Source of the DNA: Nostoc punctiforme PCC 73102
GTDB lineage: Bacteria > Cyanobacteriota > Cyanobacteriia > Cyanobacteriales > Nostocaceae
Length of the DNA stretch: 32,000 nt
Reading direction: 5' to 3'
Assembly: GCF_000020025.1 (NCBI RefSeq)
Contig: NC_010628.1
Location: forward strand, 90,001-122,000
Translations under genes and position numbers: made by a program
Shown: in pieces, positions 1 through 8,828 of the stretch
Numbering within the stretch: the first letter of the stretch is position 1
Layout of the letters: each line of letters starts with the position of its first letter
Notes under the pieces: generated by a model
Told to the model about the DNA's origin: nothing
The model's database searches: none
Seen by the model: the letters and a program-made list of their open reading frames with translations, nothing else

Positions 1-82
1 TGCATCTTCAACCAAACCTAAACAAAAATCACTCATCAGCCAATCAATGCTAACTTGAACAACGGAATTTGGGTTAACTGCT

Positions 83-901
83 GTGGGATTTAATCTGCAA
101 AACTTGGAATCAGCCTTGAAAGCAGGGCGTAAGTATACATATTTACCCTTTTCCCCCCACTTTTTTGAAAGTGTCTCCTCAACAAACCAAACCCTCTGGA
201 ACTTACTACACCAAGGGGCTATTTCAGGAACAGTAGTCATCGCCACTCAGCAATCTGCTGGGCGGGGACAATGGGGACGCGAGTGGATTTCTCCAATTGG
301 GGGATTATATGTTTCCGTGGCGATTTCTTTCGATCGCAAAATAGAAGCTACTGACAGCTACCAGCTAACTTTCGCAACTGCTTGGGGAATTGCGTCTCAA
401 TTGCGCCAATGTGGTATAGATGTTGGGATAAAATGGCCCAATGATTTAGTTTTAAATAGTCGCAAACTAGGCGGCATTTTGACAGAAACCAAAGTAAACA
501 AAGGACAAATCACCCAAGCAGTAATTGGTGTTGGTATTAACTGGACAAATCCAGTACCAGACACTGGAATCAATCTGGAATCGTGGCAAGCTTCCCAAGA
601 TTTCAGACCAATTTCTAGTCTGGAAATACTCACCTCTAAAGTCTTACTGGGAATAGAATCCGGTATGGAGTGCCTTCAACAAGAAGGAGTAAGCATACTC
701 TTGTCTCGCTATCTAGACTTGCTTACAAACATGGGCGATCGGGTGTATGTCAATAATCTTTTAGGTACTGTAGTTGGGGTGACACCTCAAGGAAATTTAC
801 GAGTTGATTTAGAAACACATGATACAAAGGAACTAATTACACCGGAAATTTATATTCAACCCGGTACAATCAGTTTGGGGTACCATAAATCTTCCGTTTA
901 A
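83..901 (+). CDS. birA: biotin--[acetyl-CoA-carboxylase] ligase (group I, no N-terminal HTH)
   Basis: 272-aa ORF with GTG start. Contains the biotin-protein-ligase loop GRGQWGREWISPIGGLY (GRGRxGRxW..SP.G type) and KWPNDLVLNSRKLGGILTE. The length fits a catalytic-only ligase. Confidence 0.85.
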   Translation: MGFNLQNLESALKAGRKYTYLPFSPHFFESVSSTNQTLWNLLHQGAISGTVVIATQQSAGRGQWGREWISPIGGLYVSVAISFDRKIEATDSYQLTFATAWGIASQLRQCGIDVGIKWPNDLVLNSRKLGGILTETKVNKGQITQAVIGVGINWTNPVPDTGINLESWQASQDFRPISSLEILTSKVLLGIESGMECLQQEGVSILLSRYLDLLTNMGDRVYVNNLLGTVVGVTPQGNLRVDLETHDTKELITPEIYIQPGTISLGYHKSSV

Positions 902-991
902 ATTTGAGGTTTGTTCAAAATTTCGCTCTTTGGGCAAGACAAACCACTAGCATCATCTCTTTAGGCTAATTACACACAACTGAGAGAACAA

Positions 992-2569
992 ATGACGCAG
1001 CGCAATAATTCTGCCCATCATCGTTTGCATTTATGGCAGCAAGGTCTAACAAAAAAACGTTTTGCCTCAACACTACCAGCTCAGAGCCTCTGTTGGCTGA
1101 GTAGCGTCAGCCTCCTTAGCGGCGGCTTTGTGTTTGCCCAAACGGAAACACAAGTAGATAACATCGTTCCCACTGTTGAAACTTCCCAGCCAACAGTAGT
1201 TCCAAATCCAGTTAACACTGAGCGAAGTCAAAGTGTTAAAAAACAGGCTGTTGCACCTGAAGCCGTTCAAGCGCAACCGGAATTTTCCCAACGGCGAGCC
1301 AGACTCAAACAGAGACTACGCAAGCCAGAGGTAGCTCAATCAAAAGAACCGATTAGGCAGTCTACGCCCAAAATCGAAGCTGCTGAACCTGTTGTTATTA
1401 TCAGACAGTCAAAACCCAAAGTAGAAACCTCTCAGGTTACTCCTGCAAGGGTGAGACAGGAAAAACCCAATACCCCTGTCCGCTATGCACCTGAAAAACT
1501 CCCAGAAGTTGCTCAACCATCGAATAACTCCAACAGTTCTGTTAGTGCAACGCCAGGTAAAACCAAGGATTATAATAACGCCTATATTGATCCTAATAGT
1601 TATGACAGTGGTGCTACAGGTACTTATCAAGCACCGAATTCTGTAATTCTCACAGAACGCTCTAGTGGTTGCCGAGCCATTTTACCTTCAGGACAAAGCG
1701 TATTAGGCGGCGTTTGCGCCAAAGTACCCCAAAGGAATGTAGCTGATTCTAATGGTAAAGTAGCACCTAATTGGCTAAGAAGAAGTCAAAACGCTCAACT
1801 GCCAGTAGTTCCAACTGCGCGGCAAGTTGCAACGACTGGCAACACTAGCAGATGGCGTGCTACTCAAAATGGTTATAGTGGTGACACCAAGACCGCATAT
1901 CGCCCAAATCGGTTTATCCCGAGTCCCAGCGAGTTCAGTCCCACAAGAGTTAGTGCCACTCCTATTGCACCCAGTGGCGGGACTTTACCGCCACCAATGG
2001 CAGATGGCAACATTGCACCCCGTCCCAGTAACGTAGCTTACGACTTCTCACTAGCATCGGTATTGCCACAAATCCCTTACACAGGGGCAGTTGCCTATAA
2101 TGGGACGGGGATGATGTATCCCTTGTCTATACCCGCTCCCATTACCTCGTTGTTTGGTTGGCGAGTTCATCCAATTACAGGTAATCAACGCTTCCATGCT
2201 GGTACAGACTTAGGTGCGCCTACGGGAACACCTGTTTTAGCAGCAGCAGCTGGTCAAGTCGAAACTGCTAACTGGATGGGTGGTTATGGTTTAACCGTTA
2301 TCCTGAATCACAAATCGGCTGAACAAACTCTCTACGGTCACATGTCAGAAATCCTTGTTCAACCCGGTCAATGGGTACAACCTGGAACTCTCATCGGCCG
2401 AGTTGGCAGCACCGGGGCATCCACAGGCCCTCACCTGCACTTTGAAGTCCGCCACCTAACACCTAACGGTTGGGTTGCTACTGACCCAGGTGTGGAATTA
2501 CAAAGCGCCCTCAGTCAGTTAGTACGAGGTTTGCAGACCGCCCAGGTTAGTCAAGAACCAGGCAGCTAG
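992..2569 (+). CDS. M23/LytM-family metallopeptidase with N-terminal anchor and long Pro/Gln/Lys-rich linker
   Basis: The C-terminal domain carries the M23 zinc motifs HAGTDLGAPTGTPV (HxxxD) and GPHLHFEV (HxH). Hydrophobic segment SLCWLSSVSLLSGGFVFAQ lies near the N-terminus. The linker has three [IV]RQ[SE][TK]P[KN] repeats. Confidence 0.85.
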   Translation: MTQRNNSAHHRLHLWQQGLTKKRFASTLPAQSLCWLSSVSLLSGGFVFAQTETQVDNIVPTVETSQPTVVPNPVNTERSQSVKKQAVAPEAVQAQPEFSQRRARLKQRLRKPEVAQSKEPIRQSTPKIEAAEPVVIIRQSKPKVETSQVTPARVRQEKPNTPVRYAPEKLPEVAQPSNNSNSSVSATPGKTKDYNNAYIDPNSYDSGATGTYQAPNSVILTERSSGCRAILPSGQSVLGGVCAKVPQRNVADSNGKVAPNWLRRSQNAQLPVVPTARQVATTGNTSRWRATQNGYSGDTKTAYRPNRFIPSPSEFSPTRVSATPIAPSGGTLPPPMADGNIAPRPSNVAYDFSLASVLPQIPYTGAVAYNGTGMMYPLSIPAPITSLFGWRVHPITGNQRFHAGTDLGAPTGTPVLAAAAGQVETANWMGGYGLTVILNHKSAEQTLYGHMSEILVQPGQWVQPGTLIGRVGSTGASTGPHLHFEVRHLTPNGWVATDPGVELQSALSQLVRGLQTAQVSQEPGS

Positions 2570-2577
2570 AAGAAGCT

Positions 2578-2670
2578 GAGGGGCAGGGGGGCAGGGGAAG
2601 CATGGGAAGCATGGCAAGAATAACTAATGCCCCATTCCCAATTCCCAATTCTCCATGCCCCATTCCCAAT
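2578..2670. repeat. STRR-like repeat block between convergent genes
   Basis: A G-rich arm (gaggggcaggggggcaggggaagcatgggaagcatgg, ~2578-2615) faces six tandem C-rich heptamers: gccccat/tcccaat/tcccaat/tctccat/gccccat/tcccaat (2629-2670). The last heptamer abuts the ribE stop codon (2670-2672). The arms are partly complementary, so a bidirectional terminator-like structure is possible. Confidence 0.7.
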
Positions 2671-3350
2671 TACAAATACCCGTGTTCTGCTAAGAATGCG
2701 GGTGTAATGCCATCTAAACTTGTTTCATCATGAACTGTGGTGTTTGGGTTGCCAGAGTAAAGGAATTTTTCGACGTATTTGCCGAGAATATCCCCTTCTA
2801 GATTCACCAAACTCCCAGCAACCAAATAGCGAAGATTTGTCTCGCTGTATGTGAGGGGGATTACCGCCACCTTGAACTGAGAGAGTTCTGAGTCATAAGC
2901 GGCTACTGTGAGACTGATGCCGTTGACAGCTATGCTACCTTTGGGGACAATGTATCGTGCGATCGCATCAGATGCAATAAAGGTCATTTCCCAAGAACTA
3001 GCCGTTTGTTCTGCCACTAGCAATCGACCGATGCCATCTACATGCCCCATCACAAAATGACCGCCAACTTTGCTCCCCACCTTTAGCGACGCTTCTAAAT
3101 TGACATATCTCTGTTGAGTTTGCTCACCTCCCAACGTCGTGCGGCGTAGCGTTTCCGGTGAAGCTGTGGCGATAAACCCGTCTTTTAAAACTTTTTCCAC
3201 TGTCAAGCAAACGCCATCTACTGCAACACTGTCACCATAAGCCAAATCTTGCATAATTACTTCACCAGAATGGCTTACACAAGTAATTTGCCAAGAATCG
3301 CCCCCCAAGGGTTCTATCGTTCCTAATGCTTGGATTAATCCTGTAAACAC
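2670..3350 (-). CDS. ribE: riboflavin synthase (alpha chain)
   Basis: 226-aa ORF with the canonical MFTGLIQALGTI N-terminus. Two internally duplicated lumazine-binding repeats are present (GDSVAVDGVCLTV and GSIAVNGISLTV). Confidence 0.9.
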   Translation of the reverse strand: MFTGLIQALGTIEPLGGDSWQITCVSHSGEVIMQDLAYGDSVAVDGVCLTVEKVLKDGFIATASPETLRRTTLGGEQTQQRYVNLEASLKVGSKVGGHFVMGHVDGIGRLLVAEQTASSWEMTFIASDAIARYIVPKGSIAVNGISLTVAAYDSELSQFKVAVIPLTYSETNLRYLVAGSLVNLEGDILGKYVEKFLYSGNPNTTVHDETSLDGITPAFLAEHGYL

Positions 3351-3690
3351 GGCTTTTTTGTCAAACTAACTCTATTTATTGCCTAAATTTGCCTGAAATG
3401 AATTGGTAATTGTCACAGAAATGTCGAACATCCAAGTATATTTTCTGACTTTTTTTCGTATAGGAATATTAACACATTAGCATCCTTCACAAGGCATACT
3501 TGGGTAAGAAGGTTATTGTCTAAGAAGACCAATTTGACTTACTCTGGTTTTCACCACAAGTTCGGAGTTTAATAGAAGCAATTATAGAGAACGAATGCTT
3601 ATGTTTATTACTGTCACCAAACCGCCTAAAAAGGGGTACTATTTGTTACAAAGCATCCAAGGCTCTCAAAGCATTGTAGAGGCTTAGGCA

Positions 3691-4188
3691 ATGATTGAAA
3701 TGAAAGTCGCTGGCATAGCATTAGATGCCATAACCCGCAGCCCGATCGTCCTTTTGAAAGATTCTTCAGATCGGCGGGCTTTGCCAATTTACATTGGTCA
3801 GGAACAGGCTAGGGCAATTATGGGCGCACTGGAGAATCAAAAGCCTCCCAGACCCTTAACCCATGACCTGATTGTGAATCTTCTAGAGACTTGGAATATG
3901 ACTCTAGAAAAGGTGATCATTCATTCCCTACAAAAGGATACATTTTATGCCGCTTTGATTGTCCAGCAAGGCGAGGTCAAAAAAGAAATTGATGCACGTC
4001 CTAGCGATGCAATCGCCATTGCTCTCCGTACAAATACCCCTATCTGGGTAATGGAAGAAGTCATTGCCGATGCTTCTATCCCTGTTGACCGCGATGCAGA
4101 TGAAGCCGAACAGCAAGCCTTCCGTGAATTTATTTCTAATCTCCGTCCTGAAGATTTGATCAAGCGCTTTGGTAATGGCGACAGCTAG
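3691..4188 (+). CDS. bifunctional nuclease (BFN/DUF151) domain protein
   Basis: 165-aa ORF. The pattern SPIVLLKD..RALPIYIGQEQARAI...RPSDAIAIALR matches my memory of the DUF151/BFN family. Confidence 0.65.
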   Translation: MIEMKVAGIALDAITRSPIVLLKDSSDRRALPIYIGQEQARAIMGALENQKPPRPLTHDLIVNLLETWNMTLEKVIIHSLQKDTFYAALIVQQGEVKKEIDARPSDAIAIALRTNTPIWVMEEVIADASIPVDRDADEAEQQAFREFISNLRPEDLIKRFGNGDS

Positions 4189-4192
4189 AAAA

Positions 4193-4220
4193 GTGCTGAG
4201 TGCTGAGTGCTGAGTGCTGA
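4193..4220 (+). repeat. perfect 4x heptamer tandem repeat (GTGCTGA)
   Basis: gtgctga occurs at 4193-4199, 4200-4206, 4207-4213 and 4214-4220, starting 5 nt after the stop codon of the BFN gene. Confidence 0.95.
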
Positions 4221-4309
4221 GAAAGAATAGAGAATCTTAAAAATAAATTCTTTATTCTTTCTTTTTCACTTTTTCATTCTTGTACAGACAATATTAATCG
4301 TCTTTCTAC

Positions 4310-4330
4310 TCAGCACTCACTACTCAGGAC
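4310..4330 (+). repeat. inverted, degenerate copy of the heptamer array (TCAGCAC/TCACTAC/TCAGGAC)
   Basis: tcagcac (4310-4316) is the exact reverse complement of gtgctga and is followed by two degenerate heptamers. The arrays flank an AT-rich spacer containing a second inverted repeat (gaaagaatagagaat / attctttattctttc). The block ends 8 nt before the ATG at 4338. Confidence 0.8.
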
Positions 4331-4337
4331 TCAATTT

Positions 4338-5468
4338 ATGCAATACCGACGCTTTGGGAAAACGAATCTGCACCTCTCGGTTTTCTCTCTGGGAACAATG
4401 CGCTACCTGGCTTCTTTTGAAAATGCTCACCAGATCATTGAACAAGCCTTAGCGCTAGGAATTAATCATCTAGAAACCGCCAGAGGTTACGGCAAAAGCG
4501 AGGAGTATCTTGGTAGGGCATTAAAAGCTGGGTTGTCAATACCCCGAACGAAGCTTTACATCACTACCAAAATCTCAGCCACAGCAGATGCTGACACCAT
4601 GCGTCGGTACATCGACGAATCTCTAGAGCGATTACAGCTAGATTATTTAGATTGCTTAGGGGTTCATGGCTTGAACACTTGGCAACATTTGGAGTGGGTG
4701 CAAGCCAAAAATGGCTGTATGAAAGCCGTAGAGGAAGCTGTTGCTGATGGTCGAGTGCGACACGTTGGTTTTTCCAGCCACGGGTCATTAGAGCTAATTC
4801 AGGCAGCTATCAAAACAAATTTTTTTGAGTTTGTCAATCTGCATTATTACTATTTTTTTCAACGGCACGCACCAGCAATTCAACTAGCTGCCGAAAAGGA
4901 CATGGGCATTTTCATTATTTCCCCTGCTGACAAAGGGGGAAAGCTGTATACGCCACCCCAAACCCTAAAAGATTTGTGTCACCCGTATTCCCCCTTAGAA
5001 CTAAGCTATCGTTTTTTACTTGGTGACAACCGTATTAATACTTTAAGTATAGGGCCAGCCAACCCAGATGAATTAATAGAACCTTTGCAAGTTGCTGACC
5101 ATGATGGAGAGCTAAAATCAGCAGAAATTTCTGCTTTCCAGAGGTTAGAAAATCACCAAAAACTTGCTTTGGGAACTGATAAATGTAGCCAATGTTATGC
5201 TTGTTTGCCCTGTCCAGAAAATATCAATATTCCAGAGGTATTGCGGTTACGTAATCTCGTAGTGGCATACGACATGAAAGACTATGGACAATATCGTTAC
5301 GGAATGCTTGAAAATGCTGGTCACTGGTTCCCTGGAATGAAAAGCGATCGCTGTACAGAATGCGGAGACTGTTTACCTCGGTGTCCAGAAAAGTTAGATA
5401 TTCCAGAATTATTGGAAGATACTCACCAAAAATTAAATGGGAAAGCAGGTCGGAGGTTGTGGGGATAA
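4338..5468 (+). CDS. aldo/keto reductase with C-terminal Fe-S (ferredoxin-like) Cys clusters
   Basis: 376-aa ORF. The N-terminal AKR-like region contains GINHLETARGYGKSEEYLG. The C-terminal region has two Cys clusters, CSQCYACLPCP and CTECGDCLPRCP. Confidence 0.8.
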   Translation: MQYRRFGKTNLHLSVFSLGTMRYLASFENAHQIIEQALALGINHLETARGYGKSEEYLGRALKAGLSIPRTKLYITTKISATADADTMRRYIDESLERLQLDYLDCLGVHGLNTWQHLEWVQAKNGCMKAVEEAVADGRVRHVGFSSHGSLELIQAAIKTNFFEFVNLHYYYFFQRHAPAIQLAAEKDMGIFIISPADKGGKLYTPPQTLKDLCHPYSPLELSYRFLLGDNRINTLSIGPANPDELIEPLQVADHDGELKSAEISAFQRLENHQKLALGTDKCSQCYACLPCPENINIPEVLRLRNLVVAYDMKDYGQYRYGMLENAGHWFPGMKSDRCTECGDCLPRCPEKLDIPELLEDTHQKLNGKAGRRLWG

Positions 5469-5678
5469 AAATGTAAGCATGAGAGCCACCACTTAGTCGC
5501 ACACCCGTGATTCTGGCTCCTGAGTTCTAACTTCTTTTTTGGTAAAATTAATAAAGATTAAATAAAGTCAGGAAGATCCGCCCAAGCTGGAGTATCTTGT
5601 CCAAAAAAAGATGAAAATTAAAAAAAAAGAAATATCCTACGCCAATCCCTGACGGTTTTCCGCTACAGTGGACGGGCT

Positions 5679-7442
5679 GTGAACTTGGTATGGACTACCA
5701 GCCGAACGCTTACCATTCTTCTGGCGAGTTTAACTTTAGTGGCTGGTCTTTTACCGGCGGCGATATCCTACATCAGTAAATTAATCGTTGATGCAGTGGT
5801 ATTTGCCTCTCAAGTTAATTCACACAACAATGGTTTTGTCAATATTTATCCTTCCCTATTTTATGTAGGATTAGAAGCGATCGCTGTAATTCTACTAGCA
5901 GGTAGTCAACGGGGAATCCTCATTTGTCAGTCTTTATTGCGGGCGCTAATGGGTCAGCGAGTGAATGTACTCATCTTAGAAAAGGCGCTGACACTGGATC
6001 TTAGGCAGTTTGAAGACTCAGAATTTTATGACAAATTGACCAATGCCCGACGAGAAGCATCAGTTCGTCCACTTTCGTTAGTAAACCGCACCTTTGGGTT
6101 GGTGCAAAATGCTCTTTCCCTGATTACCTACGGTATTTTACTAGTAAATTTCTCAGTTTGGGCGGTGGTGGTGCTGATTTTGGCAGCGATGCCTGTATTT
6201 ATTGCCGAAACAAAGTTTGCTGGAGAAGGCTTTCGCCTATTTAGTTGGCGGGCGGCAGAAACTCGTCAACAGCATTACTTAGAAAATCTGCTAGCAAGAG
6301 AAGATTTTGTCACAGAAGTCAAACTCTACCAGTTGGGAGAGATGCTACTAGGACGTTACCGCAACCTGTTTCATCAACTCTATGGCGAAGACCGCGATTT
6401 GACCCTACGGCGAGGATTTTGGGGCTATCTCCTGGGTTTAGTCAGTACTAGTGCTTTTTACCTAGCTTATGCTTGGATTGTACTAGAAACAGTGCGAGGT
6501 AAGATTTCCTTGGGAGATATGACAATGTATCTCACCGTTTTTCGCCAAGGACAATCAACTTTCTCTAATGCCCTCACATCTATTGGAGGGATGTATGAAG
6601 ACAACCTATATTTATCAAATCTCTACGATTTTCTAGAAGAAGAAGTACCAAAGTCTTGGGGTAAGGCAACCATTGGTTTAAATCCCCAAGATGGTATCCG
6701 TTTTGAGAACGTATCATTTACTTATCCAGGAAGTTCTAAGCCAGCGTTGACAAACATTTCGCTACACTTGAAACCCAGAGAGAAACTGGCAATTGTCGGT
6801 GAAAACGGTTCCGGTAAGACTACCTTAATTAAACTACTTACCCGACTCTACACCCCCGACTCTGGGCGAATTTTCTTAGATGGCTTGGACTTGCAGGAAT
6901 GGGATGTCGATGTGTTGCGTCGTCGTATTGGTGTGATTTTCCAGAACTTTGTCCGCTACCAGTTTAGTGTGGGCGAGAATATTGGCGTAGGTGATGTAGA
7001 ACATCTCGAAAATAAAAACCGTTGGGAAACTGCTGCTGAAAAAGGCATGGCCCAATCTTTTATTGACCAATTACCCCAAAGCTTCCAGACTCAACTTGGT
7101 CGTTGGTTTAAGGGAGGACAGGAACTTTCTGGGGGACAGTGGCAGAAAATTGCCTTGTCTCGTGCTTTTATGCGATCGCAAGCAGATATCTTAGTATTGG
7201 ATGAACCAACATCAGCAATAGATGCCCAAGCTGAGTTTGAGATTTTCAATCATTTTCGCGCTATTACTCAAAATCAGATGGTACTTTTGATTTCCCATCG
7301 CTTCTCTACAGTCCGAATGGCTGACAAAATCGTAGTTATAGAAAACGGCGAAGTTATAGAACAGGGAACTCATGAAGAATTGTTACAGCTAAAAGGGCGT
7401 TATGCCAAGTTGTTTCTATTACAAGCAGCCGGTTATCAGTAA
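5679..7442 (+). CDS. ABC exporter, fused permease/ATPase (MsbA-like type I exporter). N-terminus probably truncated by a frame problem at an A9 tract
   Basis: Walker A GENGSGKTT, signature LSGGQWQK, Walker B ILVLDEPTS and H-loop ISHR, with an N-terminal multi-TM region. The GTG at 5679 is the first canonical start. The same frame stays open upstream to 5622 and an ATG at 5611 sits one frame away (see findings). Confidence 0.9.
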   Translation: MNLVWTTSRTLTILLASLTLVAGLLPAAISYISKLIVDAVVFASQVNSHNNGFVNIYPSLFYVGLEAIAVILLAGSQRGILICQSLLRALMGQRVNVLILEKALTLDLRQFEDSEFYDKLTNARREASVRPLSLVNRTFGLVQNALSLITYGILLVNFSVWAVVVLILAAMPVFIAETKFAGEGFRLFSWRAAETRQQHYLENLLAREDFVTEVKLYQLGEMLLGRYRNLFHQLYGEDRDLTLRRGFWGYLLGLVSTSAFYLAYAWIVLETVRGKISLGDMTMYLTVFRQGQSTFSNALTSIGGMYEDNLYLSNLYDFLEEEVPKSWGKATIGLNPQDGIRFENVSFTYPGSSKPALTNISLHLKPREKLAIVGENGSGKTTLIKLLTRLYTPDSGRIFLDGLDLQEWDVDVLRRRIGVIFQNFVRYQFSVGENIGVGDVEHLENKNRWETAAEKGMAQSFIDQLPQSFQTQLGRWFKGGQELSGGQWQKIALSRAFMRSQADILVLDEPTSAIDAQAEFEIFNHFRAITQNQMVLLISHRFSTVRMADKIVVIENGEVIEQGTHEELLQLKGRYAKLFLLQAAGYQ

Positions 7443-7495
7443 ATAGCTAAAACCAATGTTTAGGAGGGATTACAGGCTTAGGGATAATTCTAATA

Positions 7496-7530
7496 GCGAT
7501 CGCACCACCAAAGCTATAGGTTGCGATCGC
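7496..7530. repeat. pair of HIP1 octamers (GCGATCGC) forming an imperfect stem-loop
   Basis: GCGATCGC occurs at 7496-7503 and 7523-7530, with extended complementarity (agcgatcgcacc / ggttgcgatcgct). By manual scan, perfect HIP1 copies start at 2959, 5344, 5877, 7172, 7496, 7523, 9570, 10451, 10896, 14838, 15253, 18411, 19250, 20264, 27490, 28260, 29101, 30908 and 31588. Confidence 0.85.
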
Positions 7531-7590
7531 TTCTTCTGAGATGAGGTCTATTAAGCACTCTTCCCTAAGTAGTAAAAAAATTGTAGTTTA

Positions 7591-8013
7591 CTACTCTAAA
7601 TGCTTAACAGGAATTGATACCAAGTTTCCCAAACAATCAGCAACTTCTTTTCGATGACAGCGATTCGGGTTCATTTCAGCACACAACAATAAAATATTAC
7701 CTGTTTGAGCAATTTGTGCAATTTCATGTAGAGCTTTCTTTGCTTCTTCCTGATTTATAGGAATCCAATTTTCTTTACCAGATGTGTTACCTAAAGCAGT
7801 TTTAGAAATATACTCAATATTATTTAATTCACAGAATATTTTAATTTTGTCGCCGTACCATTTCCGGCTCCAAGCACGAGTAACCATCCTCACATCTACA
7901 ACACATCCCACATCAAACTTTTGTAGGTATTCCAAGAAGGCATCGTAGTCTTTGCGATTGCCATATCCGAAGGTAAGTATACATCTTGTTTTAGCAATAT
8001 CTTTAATCTTCAT
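7591..8013 (-). CDS. DUF488-family protein
   Basis: 140-aa ORF. The N-terminal pattern ILTFGYGNR..DAFLEYLQKFDVGCVVDVR and the later YISKTALGN / LLCAE..P.RCHR resemble the DUF488 (YeaO-like) family as I remember it. The gene is strongly AT-rich compared with its neighbours. Confidence 0.6.
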   Translation of the reverse strand: MKIKDIAKTRCILTFGYGNRKDYDAFLEYLQKFDVGCVVDVRMVTRAWSRKWYGDKIKIFCELNNIEYISKTALGNTSGKENWIPINQEEAKKALHEIAQIAQTGNILLLCAEMNPNRCHRKEVADCLGNLVSIPVKHLE

Positions 8014-8044
8014 TTTAAATTCCTGGAATAATCAACTTTTAATA

Positions 8045-8828
8045 TTACATTTTTATTAATGGTGGGTAAAATATCCCAATAATCATAAAGCTATTTTTGT
8101 GATTTTTTAGGTTTCCCATGATAAAGTATAAATCTTTTTTGTTTAAAAACTCGTCTTCTAATTTTTGGCGTACTTTTTCTAAAGCCTCCTTTTCTTTATT
8201 CTCCATACTTGTTTCCTTTGATCTATCTCTACAGCCTCTATAAAGTTGTTGAATTTCCCAATCATTTATTGTACAACGATGTCTCTTCCCATCTTTAGAA
8301 AAAAAATTCGTAACCAAACTTGTAAGGAATTTTATCTAACTGTACTGAAGGCTCAAACAAGTCCATCTGATCTAATATTGCTTGCTGTTTTGGCTTCCAC
8401 TCCCGTTCTATTTCCTTCTTCCAGAAGTATTTTTTTATAGTTTGTGGTTTAATAATACCAAGAGATTTACCTTGTTCTTTAATATCCAGAATAGATTTGA
8501 ATTCTAGTGGCAAAACCAAGGCTTTTCGCTCTTCCCAGTTTTTACTAGTATCAATTTTTCGTATTACTTCTATTGAAGAATCATCTATACGAAAGCTTTC
8601 TTCTCTATAATCTTTTTCATTTCTTTCTATTTTAGCACTTATAATTGACCATCTTGGATAACGCTTATCAAAATCTAATTGACGAAAACGAATCGGATAA
8701 ATCCGAATCCACTGAACTGGTTTCTCGTCATCATCTAACAAAACTCCTGCTGTACAGACTGTTTCTTGATATTTGGTGCTAATTGAAGGGTATGTTTTAG
8801 TTGCAATCAAAATTTTCCTTCTTTCCAT
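8045..8828 (-). pseudogene. uncharacterised ~260-aa gene split into 177-aa and 90-aa ORFs at a T8 (plus-strand A8) tract
   Basis: ORF 8295-8828 ends ...IPYKFGYEFFF*. ORF 8045-8317 begins (TTG)VTNFFSKDGKRHRC. They overlap across the A8 run at 8299-8306. Removing one T gives a continuous ...YKFGYEFFSKDGKRHRCTINDWEI... reading frame. It lies 31 nt upstream of the DUF488 gene on the same strand. Confidence 0.7.

Noticed and set aside
3351-3690. Possible FMN riboswitch in front of ribE
   Set aside because: I see no conserved FMN-element-like G-rich helices in the 340-nt divergent intergenic region. It looks like ordinary AT-rich promoter DNA.
4193-4220. Tandem repeats considered as a CRISPR array
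   Set aside because: The 7-nt units are directly abutting with no spacers, and there are no cas genes. These are STRR-type microsatellite repeats.
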